DNA of 56,408 nucleotides. Origin: a virus. Its lineage: Duplodnaviria > Caudoviricetes. Location: IMG/VR virus record IMGVR_UViG_3300032156_000011, positions 1-56,408 of that record. One strand, written 5' to 3'. A model generated the notes under the pieces. The model was not told where the DNA came from, made no database searches, and saw nothing but the letters and a program-made list of their open reading frames with translations. This document shows positions 53,804-56,408 of the stretch, in pieces. Both the position numbers and the translations under genes were made by a program. Every line of letters begins with the position of its first letter. Positions within the stretch are counted from its first letter, which is position 1.

Positions 53804-54292
53804 CTACCTTCCCGCCAGCGCCTTCGCCATCGTATCCCCATCCCCCGCCCGCACGTTCGCCGCGATGGATTCTACCACCACAGCGGGGTCGGCGTCCTGA
53901 CTGAAACCAGCGGCCCGTTCCAGTGCGTCAATCCGCACCCCGCCGTCCTCCCCCTGGTCGAGGGCCATGCGCCACAGGTGACGGACGGATTCTTCACCAT
54001 GCCGGGAAAGGGCCTCCGGCAACTGGAAGCGGGGAACGTCCTTGCGCCCCTGGGCGGCCCGGACCAGGTAGTCGTAAACCTCCGGGCAGGTGAACCCACA
54101 CAGCGCACGCAATGCCACGCTGCGGACGTTCAGGTCGGTGTCAGATTCCAACACGGCGTAGACGTGGGGCAGGGCTTCCGGGTCGTTGGTGTCTTTCAGC
54201 GCCCACAACGCCCGCTGCCGGTCCTCTGATTTTTCAGCCTTCAGCCCGTCGAGAAGCGGATGCAGGTCGTCTCTCTCGGTTGTTCTCTCCAT
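53804..54292 (-). CDS. HEAT-repeat (PBS-lyase-like) protein
   Basis: LLDGLK...RQRALWAL...EALPHV...D.NVRSVALRAL repeats. Confidence 0.75.
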   Translation of the reverse strand: MERTTERDDLHPLLDGLKAEKSEDRQRALWALKDTNDPEALPHVYAVLESDTDLNVRSVALRALCGFTCPEVYDYLVRAAQGRKDVPRFQLPEALSRHGEESVRHLWRMALDQGEDGGVRIDALERAAGFSQDADPAVVVESIAANVRAGDGDTMAKALAGR

Positions 54293-54482
54293 CGGTTTCT
54301 CCTTCAAAGTTTCTAAGCTCGCATAAATCGCACATTATGCCAAAGCCCTCTCCATGACCGCAAGTAAATGTATCATATAGAACATAATTGCATATCTGAC
54401 GCGCCTCCCTACTATGATTCCCACGCATAGTTTCAATACCAGTCATTATATCGGAAATGCTCAAACCAGTGCTCATTCTCAA
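54234..54482 (-). CDS. Hypothetical protein
   Basis: GAGG RBS; Cys motifs. Confidence 0.45.
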   Translation of the reverse strand: MRMSTGLSISDIMTGIETMRGNHSREARQICNYVLYDTFTCGHGEGFGIMCDLCELRNFEGETDGENNRERRPASASRRAEG

Positions 54483-54485
54483 ACC

Positions 54486-54845
54486 TCATATTTTAGTCGG
54501 GTCAATCCCGATGATGACGGTTACTGGAGGCTGTTGCCCTTCTCCAATGTCTAGTTTTCCAAAGGCCCGCTCGATCAACAGGTAATCCCGCTTGGGGTCT
54601 TTCAGCCAGCGGCGCAAGACCATTTCCATGTTCGTCGCCTTGTGCTTAGACCCATCCGCCACCGTGATGATGATGGGATTGCCCTGCCAGTCTACCGCAA
54701 TCTCGTGTAGGATGGAAACGGACAGGCTGCGCAACTCGTCGGCGGTCTTTGGCCGACCGTTGCGATTGATACGCGGGTCGCCTTTCTGGAATTGCCCCTT
54801 GCGCTTTATCTTTGTACTGTTTTCGACTGTATTACTGTCTTCCAT
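54486..54845 (-). CDS. Terminase small subunit-like protein (DUF5681-like)
   Basis: GQFQKGDPRINRNGRPK...LIERAFGK. Confidence 0.7.
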   Translation of the reverse strand: MEDSNTVENSTKIKRKGQFQKGDPRINRNGRPKTADELRSLSVSILHEIAVDWQGNPIIITVADGSKHKATNMEMVLRRWLKDPKRDYLLIERAFGKLDIGEGQQPPVTVIIGIDPTKI

Positions 54846-54846
54846 T

Positions 54847-56133
54847 TCAATCCTCAGCGCCTACCCGCTCAATCTCCAAGTCCGGGAAGGCCGTCGCCAT
54901 GCGCTCTAGCGTGACGGCGCAGTATTTCGGCAAGAGTTCTATGCCCAGTCCGCGCCGATTGTTCTTGTGCGCTGCAACGATGGTTGTGCCGCTTCCCAGG
55001 AATGGGTCGGCTATGGCGTCCCCATCATCTGAATAGTCGAGGATGATGCGGGAAAGCAACTCGACCGGTTTTTGAGTTGGCGCGTACCGCTCCCCCTCTT
55101 TACCAATCAAGCCATTGTAAACGACGGTGTACTTTTTAACCGAATGTCGCCCCGCCACGTTTGTCCAGGCCAACTCGCAATCCCCGAACGTTGGCATGGT
55201 GTTCTCTTTGTCCCACACAATCCAGTGTCCGCCAACAGGAATCAAGTCGGTGAAAAAGTTGCCCCCGAATATGATGGCTGTTTCTGCGCTTGCCAATAAG
55301 ATATCAAATGTCTGTTTCTCAGGGCGCTTACCGTCCCACGAATCCTTGTACTGGCGTCGGGGTATTTGTTTCCCACTTCCGCCAAAACCATCCGCCCCGC
55401 CGAATCCCTTGTCGCGCCCCACCCCATAGGGGGGATCGGCTACACATAAGGACGCCTTCCCCACGCCGGCCACACCGAGCAACCGCGCCCAGGTCTCTTG
55501 CTCCCTGCAATCTCCACAAATAATGACGTGCTCCCCGATGCGCCACAGGTCGCCGACCTCCACGCGCCACTTCTCTTGCAACTCCTCAGCGCGGTCAACA
55601 GGCGCATCGTCACCCGCGCCCGTCTCGCTCCCATCATCATCCTGCTCCTCAGCGGTCAGCATTGCGCCCAAGTTCGCCGCGTCGTTATTCCACGCGGTCA
55701 ACTGCTCGGCGTCCAGCCCCCACTCCTGCAACTGCGCAGCGTCCCACCCGGCCAGGGCGTCCCAGTCCCAAAACCCGGCGTCGGTGTTGGCAACGATGTT
55801 TGCCCGCTGGCAGGTGTCCGCGTCCCATCGCACCTGGCGGTAGGGGATGCTCCCGCCAGGCCAGGTAATGAAGCCGACCCGGACGGTCCCTTGAGCATCG
55901 GGGGCGTGCTCCTCGTCAATGAACTCCACGCGCACCCCGCGCTTGCCGATAGCCCGCATGTGTTGGTTGCCGCTGATAATCTGGTCAGAGTTCAGATCGT
56001 GAACAACTCCGCCCAGTTCGCCCAAGTCGGCCAGGGAGGAGCGCAGAGCGTCGAGTCGCTTCTTGGAAATACGGCGCGGGTTTTCGGCGAACGGAACGCC
56101 GACAGCGAACGGGGAAGGTGGTACTGTACTCAT
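54847..56133 (-). CDS. ParB-like N-terminal domain fused to N6/N4 DNA methyltransferase
   Basis: NPRRI...IISGNQ; GDLWRIGEHVIICGD, ADPPYG, WDK, PTQKPV, DPFLGSGTT. Confidence 0.88.
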   Translation of the reverse strand: MSTVPPSPFAVGVPFAENPRRISKKRLDALRSSLADLGELGGVVHDLNSDQIISGNQHMRAIGKRGVRVEFIDEEHAPDAQGTVRVGFITWPGGSIPYRQVRWDADTCQRANIVANTDAGFWDWDALAGWDAAQLQEWGLDAEQLTAWNNDAANLGAMLTAEEQDDDGSETGAGDDAPVDRAEELQEKWRVEVGDLWRIGEHVIICGDCREQETWARLLGVAGVGKASLCVADPPYGVGRDKGFGGADGFGGSGKQIPRRQYKDSWDGKRPEKQTFDILLASAETAIIFGGNFFTDLIPVGGHWIVWDKENTMPTFGDCELAWTNVAGRHSVKKYTVVYNGLIGKEGERYAPTQKPVELLSRIILDYSDDGDAIADPFLGSGTTIVAAHKNNRRGLGIELLPKYCAVTLERMATAFPDLEIERVGAED

Positions 56134-56140
56134 GATTCGT

Positions 56141-56169
56141 ATTATATCAGAAAACACGGTGAGAGTCAA
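56141..56169 (-). promoter_or_regulatory. Sigma70 promoter of packaging operon (probably leaderless mRNA)
   Basis: TTGACT-17 bp-TATAAT; ATG lies 7 nt downstream with no RBS. Confidence 0.8.
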
Positions 56170-56281
56170 GAAGCAATTTCCGGCGCGTGCTGGCGACCGG
56201 GGGTACCTGGCAGGCTGTCCCAGGTCGGCGACCTGGCGCAGATCGGCGACCTGCTGGCGGACGCGAAACGCAGCGCAATCG

Positions 56282-56408
56282 GGTCGAAAGTGACAAAGTT
56301 CCCCCAAACATCCGTGCTAAGCTTGTGTTACAGTCCGTAACGCAATTGTAATTTTTCCGTAACGGCACGATATAGAATAGATGCTATAATTGAATCATAG
56401 AGAGAAAG
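56282..56408. repeat. Copy of the 140-bp repeat (continues through 61-73 on circularisation)
   Basis: Identical to 4424-4550. Confidence 0.95.

Overview
The window looks like an essentially complete ~56.3-kb tailed (siphovirus-type) phage genome. Bases 1-60 recur exactly at 56349-56408, so it is circularly permuted or circularisable. The host is unknown; the gene style is reminiscent of Chloroflexota/Anaerolineae phages, which is a weak inference. The + strand (118-1679 and 4608-24596) carries early and replication genes: many small hypotheticals, an ASCH protein, a recombination-factor-like protein, an HTH replication initiator with internal iterons, DnaB, two DNA methyltransferases and a PAPS-reductase-fold protein. 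The - strand carries a lysis/VRR-NUC cassette (1812-4257) and the late region (56133 down to 24727): ParB-methylase, small and large terminase, portal, minor head, protease/scaffold, capsid, head-tail, major tail, chaperones, tape measure and tail-tip proteins. I saw no integrase, reverse transcriptase or CRISPR array. Highlights: (1) an array-less type IV-B-like CRISPR-Cas effector operon (csf1, csf2, two wHTH genes, cysH, csf3) inside the head-morphogenesis region, with a Cas11-like domain apparently inserted into Csf2/Cas7; (2) a head-tail-region ORF with an in-frame TGA followed by a SECIS-like hairpin, a candidate phage selenoprotein; (3) two promoter-linked c4/CI-like antisense RNA architectures; (4) a duplicated 140-bp divergent-promoter module bracketing the lysis cassette; (5) a candidate +1 frameshift in the tail chaperone. 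All protein assignments come from motif recognition by eye, not from database searches.
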